From Tubiluchus corallicola (lineage: Eukaryota; Animalia; Priapulida): a stretch of 64,000 nt of DNA. The DNA lies in NCBI GenBank assembly GCA_030141605.1, contig JAQGDQ010000063.1, positions 248,001 through 312,000 of the forward strand, in the 5' to 3' direction. Position 1 is the first letter of the stretch; each line of letters opens with the position of its first letter. The position numbers and the translations under genes are program-made. Below are positions 52,393 through 64,000 of the stretch, in pieces. Below the pieces are notes generated by a model. That model made no database searches. It was not told where the DNA came from and saw only the letters and a list, made by a program, of their open reading frames with translations.

Positions 52393-52767
52393 GTGAGATA
52401 ATTTACTGCGACACACGGAGGAATAATAAATTAGAAATTAGACATCCGTCTCAAATACCTGTAATATTATGCCTTGTCACCTTTCTACGTTTAATTTTCA
52501 GGACTTTAAACCGTTGATACTTTATTTGCCACGATTCTTTTTATCTCCTACTATTTTTTGCCAACGATTTCATTTAATCGGGGCTTTAATAACAAAAATT
52601 AAGCAAGTAAAAAATCTAAACAATCTAAAGACAACGATTTTATTTCTTAGCCTCAGGCTGAAACAGGCCTAACTGTCAAGCATGCCACCACTATATTTTG
52701 TCATCACTCAATGGTTTTTCTGTGTTAGCTCTTAACTGCAGTAAAAAAAATTTCTTTGCCTTTTTAG

Positions 52768-53055
52768 ATGTGGTCAGCCTGAGTCCAGCTATTGGCCACG
52801 TCATTCCGCACGCCACAGCGCGAGTAGGAGAGACTGTTCAACTTCCCTGTGCCGCAGAAGGAGCACCTCCTCCTTCGTACACTTGGTACGTCAACTCTGG
52901 GACGTTGACTCCGCTGCCTCAAGAAGGTCGCTTTGATGTTAGCTTTGGTAGCTTGTTGATCCGCAATGTTACAGTAGAAGATGGTGGAAACTACGTGTGT
53001 GAAAGCAAGAACTGGTTAGGACTGGCACGTGCCTTCACTGAATTAGTCGTTACTG
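52768..53055 (+). CDS. Dscam: Dscam exon: Ig3 (single exon)
   Basis: cctttttag|AT acceptor, CTG|gtgaga donor, 288 nt. Encodes LPCAAEGAPPPSYTWY...EDGGNYVC. Confidence 0.93.
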
Positions 53056-53868
53056 GTGAGATTACTATTCGTCTCATGCGTTGTCCAGAATAATTGTAAT
53101 ATGGTACACTTATAGTGTGTTTAAGCGCACTTTAACATAGATATAGATATAGATATAGACGTATACGTTTATTTTCTCCAATAATGTCACAAATATTCTA
53201 TTTTACAAAATTCAAGGAGAAGGGGTGAGGAAAAACCGTAGGTCATCCGTTCATTCAACCTTTAAAAATTAATATTGTAACATCACAAAAAATTGTGATG
53301 ACACTGGCTAAGACTTTAGTTAATGCACATAAATGGAATGATCAAAATAAACCAAGAAACAAAAGAAATATGTATAATATATATATATTACATAAACCAA
53401 ACAAACAAAAGTAAAATAATAAACATTCCAGTAATTAGTGACAATGTGAAAAAAAGTTTAAATGCGAATCAGTGCATAAAAATGATGGAATAAGTGAAAA
53501 AAATAAATGCAGGTGGTGAATAAATATCACAATAAATAGTTAATTAAGAAATACGTAAAATAGCAATAAGGATGTTCATTTCTTTACAAAAATTTTTGGC
53601 AACAAATTAATGTATGTATGATTAAATAACTGAAAAAGAAATGCAAAAGCAAAGAAGGGCAGTTTATTTATGTCAATGCAGACAAGTAACTAGAAACACT
53701 TTGTTTTTTTAGCTTTTTGTTTTCCTTCTTTTTTCCTTTTCTTTATCTAACACTTTTCATTGCTTATTATTTTATTATATTATTTGCATTGCTAGAACAT
53801 AGATACATATTAGTGGACATTATATATCAACTGATTATCGTATATGATAATAATTTAGGATAATAATA

Positions 53869-53990
<122 letters not shown>

Positions 53991-54282
53991 CAGATTTTAC
54001 TATCTTATAAGTTAAAGTAAATTTAGAAAAATATTGTTCGGGGTTCGACCTGGTAGACAGCCTCATGGCCCGCCATCGGTGATGAATGCGGAATTGAGGA
54101 ATGAAACAACGAAACCAGCGCTTAGGGACGACTAAGAAGAAGAACAACAGCAAAAAAACCAATGACAATATTTCAAATCTGACAGGACCAACGACATTCG
54201 ACAGAAAGACAGAAGTGCATCCGACGACAGAACACAGCAACTGACGATGTCACGTGCTAGTTTTTTTCTTCAGGAAACCACT

Positions 54283-54361
54283 GGTCAATCAATCGCAGGT
54301 AATGTTATGGGCTTCCTGGTTTAAAGTGGAGATCATAACATTATCTGTAGGTTGAATTACC
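54283..54361 (+). ncRNA. Candidate intronic microRNA hairpin
   Basis: Hand-paired stem of ~30 bp with G-U wobbles that work on the sense strand, and an ~8-11 nt loop. No match to a conserved miRNA that I recognise. Confidence 0.35.
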
Positions 54362-54414
54362 TGAATAAGTGTAACGCACTTTCACCTGTTCAGCTTAATA
54401 TTGTTAATTTTCAG

Positions 54415-54675
54415 AGCCGCTGTCTGTTCATTTTAAGTATCAGTCATTGAATGTTAATATGGACGAATTCCTTGCTTTGAACTGCACCGTCCATGGCTAT
54501 CCAATAGATCAAATAATTTGGTATAAGGATGGCGCGTTCTTATCTAGTTCCACTGTTGGACACCAAGGATTGCTCGTCATCGAAGAAATAAGTTTAAAAG
54601 ATCGAGGCGTGTACCAGTGTTTTGCTGAAAATGAGCACGAAACCGCAAGTGCAACAATCCAGGTTAAGATTACAC
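54415..54675 (+). CDS. Dscam: Dscam exon: Ig4
   Basis: attttcag|AG acceptor, CAC|gtaagt donor, 261 nt. Encodes EPLSV...LNCTVHGYPIDQIIWYKDG...DRGVYQCFAEN. Confidence 0.93.
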
Positions 54676-56224
54676 GTAAGTAGATAACAACCTATAATCT
54701 TTTAGTACGACCTTTGTCAGAAGTTTTCATTTCAGTGTCACAGTTCGAAATCATAAAGATTTTGTTATATAGTGTGTCGCTGTGAAAGACGAGATTCAGC
54801 ACTTGCCTTTCAAACCGCTACAATAATCAGTCAACCATTCCTCTCGCCTCTAGAACTTTTAATACCTGCATTGAAAGATAACTTGTAGTATTTGGGTTGT
54901 TCACTTACGACGTAACTCTTATTACCAGATCCTTTTCGCCGTGAAGCGAGTCTCGTTCTCGTTGTTCATGTAATAACAAAGCTCTGACATGTGTTCAGTG
55001 TATGCAAACAATGCGCGTTCAAAATTATCACGAACATTTGGATTCTATGACAACGGTAAAATAATGACGACGTTCTAAATAACACATTTATGAAAAAAGT
55101 CGTGCCTGCTAACAGCTAGCTTATTACTGATATTTTGGGAGCAGTATACTACGAATATGTAGCATTATTGATCATCGCTGCATCTATTTCATGCAGTTTC
55201 AACATTGTTCAAAGTGTTTTTGTTGTTGTTTCTGGCATGATGTGAGTGGTATCATGTGGTGTGGGTTGTGCCGACCGCGTGGTGTGAAGGGTGTGGGGTA
55301 GTTTTTTCATATTCTTCTAATATGGTACATATGTGGTTTAACATGGTAAATTGTGTTGTAAACAACATATCCTGGGAGCTGGGTAGAAAGAAATTAAGTA
55401 AGAGTGTAACCCATGCTTCGAATTCTGGACTCATTAATATTTCGATAATTAGTAGCTAATTGGCTGAACGGTTATTGATTGTCAGCCGTTTTTATGTGCA
55501 AATATTGCCTTTTATTCTTGTATTAAAGATGACATCTCAGCCAACGCTTCACGTGTAATTGTAGAGCTATATTAAATTTGCTTATCTACTGACAGATCCT
55601 CGTAAATACATTTATTTCAACGTGGCTGCCACGTTTCATTACGTTTTATACCATATGTGCCATCACAATATTTATTTTATTGCATGCCATGCTATGTATT
55701 GGTTATAACATAAACACATTACCTAATAACTTATGAAGCTGACAATATATCATCGTTTTCCATGGCATACATGCAGTTCCTGTTCATGGAAGAAGACTTG
55801 ATCAGTTTAATGCAAACCTGTCTCCCCTCTCTGTCATCCCTGGCGTAACTCGTTTTTTCTGAGCCTTTCTGCATGCTCAGCTTCTTCCTCATCCATATGT
55901 TTGCATTGGAGCGGATGCAGCGGAATTACATCATCATCGCTTGGCAGAAACCTAATTTACTTTATCGGCCAATATTATGATTAAAAATCACCCTTTCCTG
56001 CGTGGGCCGCATCCATCGGAGGGTGTTTTATATTTCTTTCATACAGATCGACATCATTCTTGACTGAGATAAAGCATTCGATGGTAATAATCTAATACTA
56101 ATGATCAATAGACCAATGATTAAGGATCATTCCCAAGACGAGTTTTGAGCCTGTAGAGGTGCCATAGTGATATTCTGATATATTACAACCCCTTCTGAAC
56201 GAATTAACCGTCGCATATGAAGCT

Positions 56225-56320
56225 GTGCATAGGCACGTTTCTCGGCGGTCACCCGTCCAATTATTAACCATCTCGGACCAGAACGGTGATGCTAAACTGT
56301 GGTAGCCAAGTGCATACTAT
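56225..56320 (-). mobile_element. Degenerate 5S rRNA-related repeat (SINE3-like)
   Basis: Minus strand TGGTTAATAATTGGACGGGTGACCGCCGAGA resembles the 5S IE/C-box region (TGGTTAGTACTTGGATGGG.GACCGCC). Confidence 0.5.
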
Positions 56321-58210
56321 AATCACTAAAAGAGATTACCTCAGTGCGCTTAGCAAAACATGGTATTTATAGATAGACTTATACACGAATATGTCGTTCT
56401 ATTTAGTTCAAAGTATTTTAAGACAATCGTGAAAAATGTGGTGGGTGATGAAATAAAATATTTTTCCAGGATGAACTTGATTGACCAAAAAACTCGTGTA
56501 CAGAAAAGCCCCGAGTGATGGTTTCCAGTAATTTAAAAATATAAAAACATGATACATGACATAAAATAATGTAATATACAAACATGCACAAAAATCGTTC
56601 AACATTGACTCTATAGCACTAAAGAAAAACTTAAAGGCTTAACGAAAGAAACTGGAGCTTATAAATGCAAAAAATAACTTAAAATAAGCAAATAAAAAGC
56701 AGAGAAACTTGGACACGTTAAAGGATCTTTGGAGAAATAAATTGAAAAAAGTGAATTGCAAGCAAGTAAAAAAATAATGTTACGTAATACGCTGCCGTTA
56801 AATCAGAAGCAGAACATAAAAAGGTAAAATTGACCAATAAAAACGTTCCATTGAAAATCCAAAGTACAAGGAACAACATTCAGATTCACAGAAAACATCG
56901 TGTCAAAACTAATATTCTGAGCTAAATGACAAAACTAAAAAAGCAATTAACAATTAATTTAAATAATTCGCTTGATATAGAAAGCTTTAAGTCGACCTTT
57001 AAATAAATGATAGACTATTATCCCTGTTAGTGCCCCACTCCATGCCGCATTCCGGGGACTTTTGTTCAGCATTGGATTTTTGAACGACAAAACGGTATTA
57101 ATTTTGGTGTTCGTTTTCACACTAGTTACCGGTCTATCTATTTAGTTGTCTTCCTACATATTAACAGTAAATTACATAATTAGAACTTCTCATATGCCAT
57201 ATTATAACAACCCAATTAAGCCTTTACATCTAACATCTTTAAATTTCAAGTATTTTTTTCTCAGTTCGTCACTGCTTGATTCGTGTCACGTGACAAAACT
57301 GGTTTCCCTTGTGCGTCATGAAGTCTAGTTTTATCCTCAACCAAATGAGATATAATTAGATTAGAAATATTAGCTAATGCACTTACATGAATGCGTCTGA
57401 AAGATGCCCTACTGTCATTTTCCGCTAAAATTAAGTTAAACATTTAATTATGTATTTCATTTTGCAAGGAGCAGACAGGGTGTGTCTAACTGAGAACTGG
57501 CATATGTAAGATTTTGAAATTGACGATAATATTAAATTTTTAAGCGAGGAAAAGTAGTAGGCAGGTCAGATATTACTACTGTGTTTGATGCAGTTAATTT
57601 TTTATGTCATGATCGGATAGTCATTTTAGTCAGTTCGGTAGCGCATTAGTCCTACTTCCGCCCTAAACCGCAGAGATTTGCGTTTGAATAATATGCAGGC
57701 TTACTGAAAATGAAAGGTTTTTTATCCGCTGTGATACCTCGAGCATCATTACGGAAGACAGCTTTCCTCAACTAATCTGAGACGGTCATGAGAGTTTTGC
57801 CTGGTTTTGTTGAACAGCAGAGGAGCGCCTAATTGCACCCTAGGGGCGACTTCAAAATTTATCGTAAAATGGCTGGACTGGCAGTTACGTATAGCTCCAA
57901 CAGCTTCTGATCTGTGTACTTCAAGGTTCAAAGCCCTTTCAAAAGGAAAAAATTGGACTACAGCTTAGATTTGAACCAGATAAATCCTTTCTTACATGCC
58001 CTTCAAGTTTGGTCTCAGAATTATGTTAATTATGAGTTTCGTACCGTCATTAATAACAATCCTGACAACACTAAGGTCATAATAAGTAACTTCACGCGGA
58101 AATTAACCAATCCTAAGAATCCCTCTAATATGAGTGATCTAACATTGGAAATATTAAATTCGGTTAGCCAGTTACAAGGTATTAACTTTGAACTACCTTG
58201 ATCGTTGGGG

Positions 58211-58286
58211 AATACATTGACTTAGTAGCCTGAGGTATCTGCCTTGTAAGCAGTAAATCCCTAGTTCAAATCCAAACTGTGTACCA
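58211..58286 (+). pseudogene. Degenerate tRNA-Thr(TGT)-like pseudogene or SINE head
   Basis: A-box-like TGACTTAGTAG, anticodon arm CTGC-CTTGTAA-GCAG, T loop GTTCAAATC, ends in CCA. Acceptor and T stems pair poorly. Confidence 0.5.
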
Positions 58287-58621
58287 ACTTTTTCCACATT
58301 TTCTGTCTTTCAGTGTTCAAAATTTAAGTAATTGTGGGTTTGAGCTATCAAAGCAATGTGTTGCATTTTCGTGAGAAATGTGAGCGAGGAATTAGGTGGA
58401 ATTTTGGCCAGCGCGCTTTCAATGAAAAATTGTATTTACAAAGTGTTTATTGAAGCCCTCGGCCCTGGCATGAGTTTAAAACAAATCACAACTTTAATGG
58501 TTAATTTTTATGACGAAACGAAAACTGCGTGTAGATGTAGCTACATAGGTTTATTTAGTTTCTTGCAAGATTTCCCAAATTTTCTACACTAGAACTTTAT
58601 GTCACGTAGTTCAGGGGAAAT

Positions 58622-59150
58622 CATCATTCATTCATTCATTTGTGGAATCATACACCCTGTGATTCATATTGTCCTGTCGCCCGCACCTTCCCATGTTTCT
58701 GTAGTTCTCATGTGTAACGGTGTATTGATGGTGTCTTTTTGGATGAAATTGATGTAAGTCAGCAACTGCCCTCCCTTTACGGTTTTCTTTCTTTCTTCAG
58801 TGTTTCTTTGAAATCCAATTTTGATTAATCTTTCCTCGTCGTCTGATAGTCGTATAACATGTCCTATCCATCTTGATCTTCTCTTTTTGATCTTAACTGT
58901 CTATTCCTCTGCGTTGATTTTGCTGTACAGATCCTGATTTTATATTTTTTGGCCATTTTTTTCCCCAGAATGTTCCTAAAGTTTCTTCTTTGAAATGCGT
59001 CTATTTCTGATTTGTGACAGGCTTTGTCCATATTTCTAAGGTCTAGCGGAAACACAGTTTCCACAAGAGCAAGAAAAACTCTTAACGTTGTTTCCAGACT
59101 GATCCTCTTACTTTCAAAATTGTTTGATAATTTGGAATAATGCTGCTAAT
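58622..59150 (-). mobile_element. Decayed RTE-like LINE 3' fragment with (ATGA)n tail
   Basis: EIDAFQRRNFRNILG and WIGHVIR-like remnants. TCAT repeats at ~58625-58640 form the 3' tail on minus. Confidence 0.6.
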
Positions 59151-59399
59151 GCTAAGATTTTTTTATTTATTATTTATTAAACTTTATTTCAAAGTCTATG
59201 AAAATCAATTGAATTTGAAGTGATTGCAAATTACTTTGAGAAAGCAATTTTATTACAAAAACAACTTAAAATTATAGCAACGAATTTTTTAAATAAAATA
59301 TTTTTTCAAAACAAAACTTAAAAATAAGATTGATATTGCGTCATTTTAAATAATTCTGATTTTTGATAGCTATTAGTCAAAGCGCTGTAGATAATCAGT

Positions 59400-59792
59400 A
59401 AAAGAGAGCAGAAAGTAAATGAACGACAGAAAGAGAGAGAGACAGAGAGAAAGAGAGGCGAGAGAGAGAGAGAACAAGAAGGGAGAGAGGAGGAGGGAGG
59501 GAAAGAGGGGAAAGGAACGAAAATAAAAATGAGAGGGAGATAGAGCTAGAGGGAGAGTGGAGAGAACGAGAGCGAGAGAGAGAGAATGAGAGATAGAGTG
59601 ATAGAGAGGAAGATAGAGAGACGAAAAGGGGAAGGAGACAGGGAGCGGAAAATAGAAAGCAAGTGGAGCGAGAAAGGCTGTGAAAAAGGGAAAGACAGAC
59701 AGACAGAATGATAGGTAGATAGATGGATGATGGATGGATGGATGGATGGATGGATGGATGGATGGATGGACGGACGGACGGACGGACGGACG

Positions 59793-59836
<44 letters not shown>

Positions 59837-60035
59837 GCATGAGAGAGAGCGAGAGCGAGAGATAGAGAGAGAAAATTGGAGAGGGCGAAGAGAGAGAGAT
59901 GGGAGAGGCAGAGGAAAAAAGGAATAGAGAGGGAAGGAAGACAGAAAGAGAGAGACAGAAAAGGAGAGAAGAGAGAGACAGGATGAGAGGGGTAGCAATG
60001 GAGGGATGTAAAGATAGAGTAGCAGACAAAGAAGA
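59400..60035. repeat. Purine-rich tract with (GATG)n(GACG)n(GACA)n microsatellite
   Basis: Visible directly. The ORFs here are low-complexity artefacts. Confidence 0.95.
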
Positions 60036-60574
60036 GAAATCGAAGGCTTTATCTTACTAAAATAGCAGATTTAGCAATTAAAAATGTTTCCGTGATTTCT
60101 CTATTAAAATTTTTCTATTAAATGTTTTTTTTCTGTGAAACGAGTTTTCTAGAAAAAAAATAATTTTTGGTAATTTTTTCTCTGGGTTATGTTTTCTGGG
60201 ATATGGTTTTTCTGCGAAAAAAATTCTAAGAAATGGACCTAAACCTTCAAGTGGTCCAATACTTGTCCTGTACGCTTTCAGGTTTTGTTACAATTGCTGT
60301 AATGAAGTGGGCAATTACAGAATTATAATGGTGTGTTCAGTCTATCTGTATGCCTTTCGCCAGATTTTCTAAGCCCTGAGTAATCTAACAAGTTGGTACC
60401 TGACATACTGGTGGGCGAAGCCTACTAATTTTTGGATCAATCTGTGTAAATTTGGATTTTTTTATAAATTTTAAAAATCCGCGTGTAACAACTCACGCTG
60501 CAATCTGCCGACACAAAAACGAATTACGACCCATTACTCATTAGCAAGAAATCAAATAACAAAATTATATACCT

Positions 60575-60755
60575 ATGTGTCCAAATGTCCTTGTGTCGAA
60601 ATATCCTATGTGTCCAAATGTCATGTGTCCAATTGTACTTGTGTCGAAAAGTCCTATGTGTCCAAATTTCCTTGTGTCCAAGTGACCTATGAGTCGTAAT
60701 ATCCAATGTGTGCAAATGTCCTATGTGTCGAAATAGCTTGTGTCGAAAACGCCTA
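60575..60755. repeat. Short-period TGTGTC(C/G)AAATGTCC tandem array (MITE subterminal type)
   Basis: About 10 imperfect 15-17 bp units. Confidence 0.75.
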
Positions 60756-61790
60756 GCACCAACAGTAACATTCTTTCACAAGAAATTGGCATGTAGACTA
60801 GAGGCACCGTTAGCGGTAATTTATTGGACAAATACTATTATGTTACAGGCGCAAATTTGTACTAGTTGTTTGTACTTCTCAAAGAGGAGGACTATTTTTA
60901 ACTTTTTCAGTATTTTTCTACTTAATGTAATTCGCTGGGAATTTTTATGCAGAATTTTATTTTTAGTATAAAAGTTGGCCACAGTACGCCAGTCCTAGCC
61001 AAAAAGCATTGATGGCTTGAGGCTCCTCCATTAGCCACAATGATGTACTAAAAATTGAAAGCCTGTATGAAAGTTTTAATGTTTTATTACAAGTCAAGAT
61101 AATTACTGATATACCATTTGTGCATAGGCCTTCTAAAAACATGGTTTTCTGGCTTTTTTATCCGAGAAATCTTTAAAAATCATTTCAAAGTCAATGGTTT
61201 TTGTAAGTATTTTCTATAAATAGCATCGCCAAATTATTTAGCTTCTCTTGTGAAACTGTAGACCACAAATTAGCGCTGTGCCCAATTTCAAGAAATCTGT
61301 CAAATTGGCTTAAATCTGTCGGTGATTTTGATACGTCATGATATCGTTATCTGACTTCATGTTTTTTTCACAAGTGCATTTGCCAGCAGCAGACGACTCT
61401 ACAAAGTGCAGCCATTTTGCGCTGACCCCAGCAAGCTGCAATTTTTGTCAATTTCTCCGTGAAATTTCCGTTCGCGCTGTGTGTGATAAGCTTCCTCAAT
61501 CGCCACCACAGCCGTTGCCAGTAGAATCCACTGATGATTTAATTCCCGTTAATTAGCACAAGTGTTGTTGTTGCTGTCCTTGGGCGGAGGAAGAGTAAAA
61601 TGTATAAAAAGCTACTTCGTATGATATCAATATAAGGGGTAGGTTGGTGGTAGAGCATTATAATAACGTTATTATAACGTAACGTAGGTAGGTCCTCAAA
61701 ATCAGCCGATAACTTGATATCGTTATAATATTATGTGGATGGCCACCTCGTTTAAAAAGCAATAATATTTTCTCTCCTTTGATTGTTTAG

Positions 61791-62078
61791 ATTATCCAGC
61801 ATATATTTTGAGCAAATTTCCTGACCAAACAGTCCACGTTGGCGTCAACGTTTCAATGACATGTTTCGCTTCTGGAAAGCCCAGTCCACAATTCGTTTGG
61901 ACATTAGATAGCATACCCATTGCACACCACCTTTGGTCGTCTTATTACCTTGGTAATGGGGATGTTATAAGCCAGATAAACGTGACTTCAGTGAGAGTTA
62001 TTGATGGCGGTTTGTACAAGTGCATAGCAAGAAACAGTCTTGGAGAAACTGAACACTCTGCAAGGTTAAACGTATATG
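61791..62078 (+). CDS. Dscam: Dscam exon: Ig5
   Basis: tgtttag|AT acceptor, ATG|gtatga donor, 288 nt. Encodes VSMTCFASGKPSPQFVWTLD...GDVISQINVTSVRVIDGGLYKCIARN..HSARLNVYG. Confidence 0.95.
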
Positions 62079-62281
62079 GTATGATAATTCAATAATCAAT
62101 AAAATGTGATATTTCTAAAAATTTAAAAAATTCATGATTATTTTTAGTGAGTTTCAGCATGAAATTTTAAATGCACAATTATTGTAAAGACATAGTAATT
62201 TGCATCATTGCCTACCTCAAAGTTAGGCTTTGATTTAATTTATTTATACCCTGCTTTAATTTATTACTTTGTGTTTTTCAG

Positions 62282-62392
62282 GCAGACCATTCATTCGTTC
62301 ACTTTCAAATATATCCGCTGTTGCAGGCGGAATTATTAGACTCAGATGTTTTGTGTCTGGATATCCTATCAGTTCTATTGTATGGTATAAAG
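62282..62392 (+). CDS. Dscam: Dscam exon: Ig6 N-terminal half
   Basis: tttttcag|GC acceptor, AAG|gtatgt donor, 111 nt. Encodes RPFIRSLSNISAVAG..LRCFVSGYPISSIVWYK. Confidence 0.94.
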
Positions 62393-63710
62393 GTATGTTC
62401 TACAAATTGAGGTACAATAAAATACTGAATTTTGTCATTCAGATTCTCCCACAGATAATATCACTCTGAATTGCATACAGATTCTTCACCAATTATTAGG
62501 CGTGAAAAAGTTTGATTATTCGAAACGACTCAAACTATGAATGCGAATAATTCGACGCTTCTGTTACTTTCTTCTTCGTCATTAAAACTTTTAAAATATC
62601 ACGCAATCAGAACGATTGAGCCACAATTTTCGTGCACTATTTTTTAATAAATTACTAGTTTTTACTATCGAACAAAGCAAAATGTATATGATCTTTGCAA
62701 ACTGCTGTTAAACGGGAATATGTAGTGAGAGTGGCAGCTTGGTTAGTGATGGCTATGTAGTCTGCATTTTGGGCCATATTTAGTACATTGGCACCCTTTA
62801 AGTTTATTGAATAATCAGAAGCAAGGTGCAAGGTGTGCAATAAAATATGCCAGTTAAAACGTGTAAAACTATAACTAATATCAAACATATCACTTAGAAA
62901 CAGTAAGTAAAAGTTAGATTCATTCGATTGCTACGAGTGCACCAAATTATTTTTTACTGTGATTCATACTTTTAGCTACACAAATCAATCATTGTAGCCT
63001 AAGTGATAAATTAGTGGTGCTATGCTACATGCACGTCTTAATTTCATAATCTCAGAACAAAATTGAGTTTTTTGTGCAGATTTCTATGTTTATTACTGAT
63101 TCAAAATTTATTTGAATGTCTTTAATACTGAATTAGATTCAGATGCAAACTATTAAAAGTCGATACGATTCGAGTTCAAAAGTAAAAAAAATTAATTAGA
63201 CTTGGTAGTGTTGTGTTGCTAACCTCTACCAGGTATGTGGTTGCGTATAACTTACTGGGTGTATAAGTTAATTCTTATATAGCAAATTGTCTTTAGGCTT
63301 TCAAATTTCCACTTTGTGACAATATTCGCAACTTTTACATGACAGAGAAATAAGCTTTCTCTTTAGCATTCTGTTTTATGGAATGTCACTAGGTAATGCC
63401 ACAGTTACTGAAAAACTATTGTCAAGCAATGGGTGTAGCTTGTGCTCTTCTAAATTTACCGAGTAAAACTATATGTGCTAATATTTAGGTGACAAGTCAA
63501 CTTCAAAACCCCGTGTCTCATGAAGAAGAAAAGTGATTGATTTACATAACTTAGTTTTAGATATTGTTATTTTCTACAACAATAATTAACATTATACTAA
63601 AAGGGAGTAGAGAATTAAATGTGGAAAACATACTCTATATTTTCTTGTCACACTATTTTTATTATATGCTTATCACAAGATTTTCTTAATAAAAATTTGA
63701 TGTTTCATAG

Positions 63711-63872
63711 ATGCAAAACAACTTCCATCTAACCATAGACAAGAAGCGATATCTCCAGGACATGTGATCATTGAGAATGTCGATAAAGAAACTGATGGTG
63801 GCGAGTACAAATGCATTGCACAAAATAACAAAGGGCAAAAAGCATCAAGAAGTGTAGTTGTAACAGTGACTG
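63711..63872 (+). CDS. Dscam: Dscam exon: Ig6 C-terminal half (gene continues beyond window)
   Basis: tttcatag|AT acceptor, CTG|gtaatt donor, 162 nt. Encodes LPSNHRQ...IIENVDKETDGGEYKCIAQN. Confidence 0.93.
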
Positions 63873-64000
63873 GTAATTTAAATTTTACTAAATTGAACCT
63901 TGTGTAAAATTATCAGTTAATCGTTTGTATTCTGTAAAGTGAGTGTAAATGATCTTCTAATTTCAACAACACTAAATTTATGAGTGAGAAACTGATTTTG

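Noticed and set aside
54035-54340. Solo LTR (TGTT...AACA)
   Set aside because: No matching target-site duplication, and the right end is better explained as part of the hairpin at 54283-54361.
57749-58201. 95-aa ORF at 57914-58201 in the Dscam Ig4-Ig5 intron as an extra exon or nested gene
   Set aside because: No Ig pattern, a GTG start just after a stop codon, no convincing splice sites, and no recognisable motif.

Overview
AT-rich, intron-containing animal (probably invertebrate) genomic DNA with two divergently oriented protein-coding genes. (1) On the minus strand is a complete 6-exon VAP (VAMP-associated protein, VAPA/VAPB/Vap33 family) gene. Its CDS runs 18968->6521 and encodes 268 aa: MSP domain, linker, coiled coil and a GxxxG tail anchor. 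(2) On the plus strand is the 5' part of a Dscam gene: a putative signal-peptide exon at 29589-29637, a ~19 kb first intron, then eight exons encoding Ig1-Ig6 (48808-63872), continuing beyond the window. No tandem alternative-exon arrays were seen. Introns and the intergenic region hold many transposons and repeats: a 5'-truncated RTE LINE with a 12-bp TSD, CR1-type fragments, a decayed BEL/Pao LTR element, hAT-, Harbinger- and piggyBac-like MITEs, tRNA- and 5S-related SINEs, and mini- and microsatellites. The main leads are a cryptic in-frame alternative terminal exon giving VAP a different membrane anchor without the coiled coil, a pri-miRNA-shaped hairpin in a Dscam intron, and two related palindromic MITEs tightly bracketing the Dscam Ig1 exon. 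All exon structures were derived by hand from splice signals and phase; no searches or folding programs were run.
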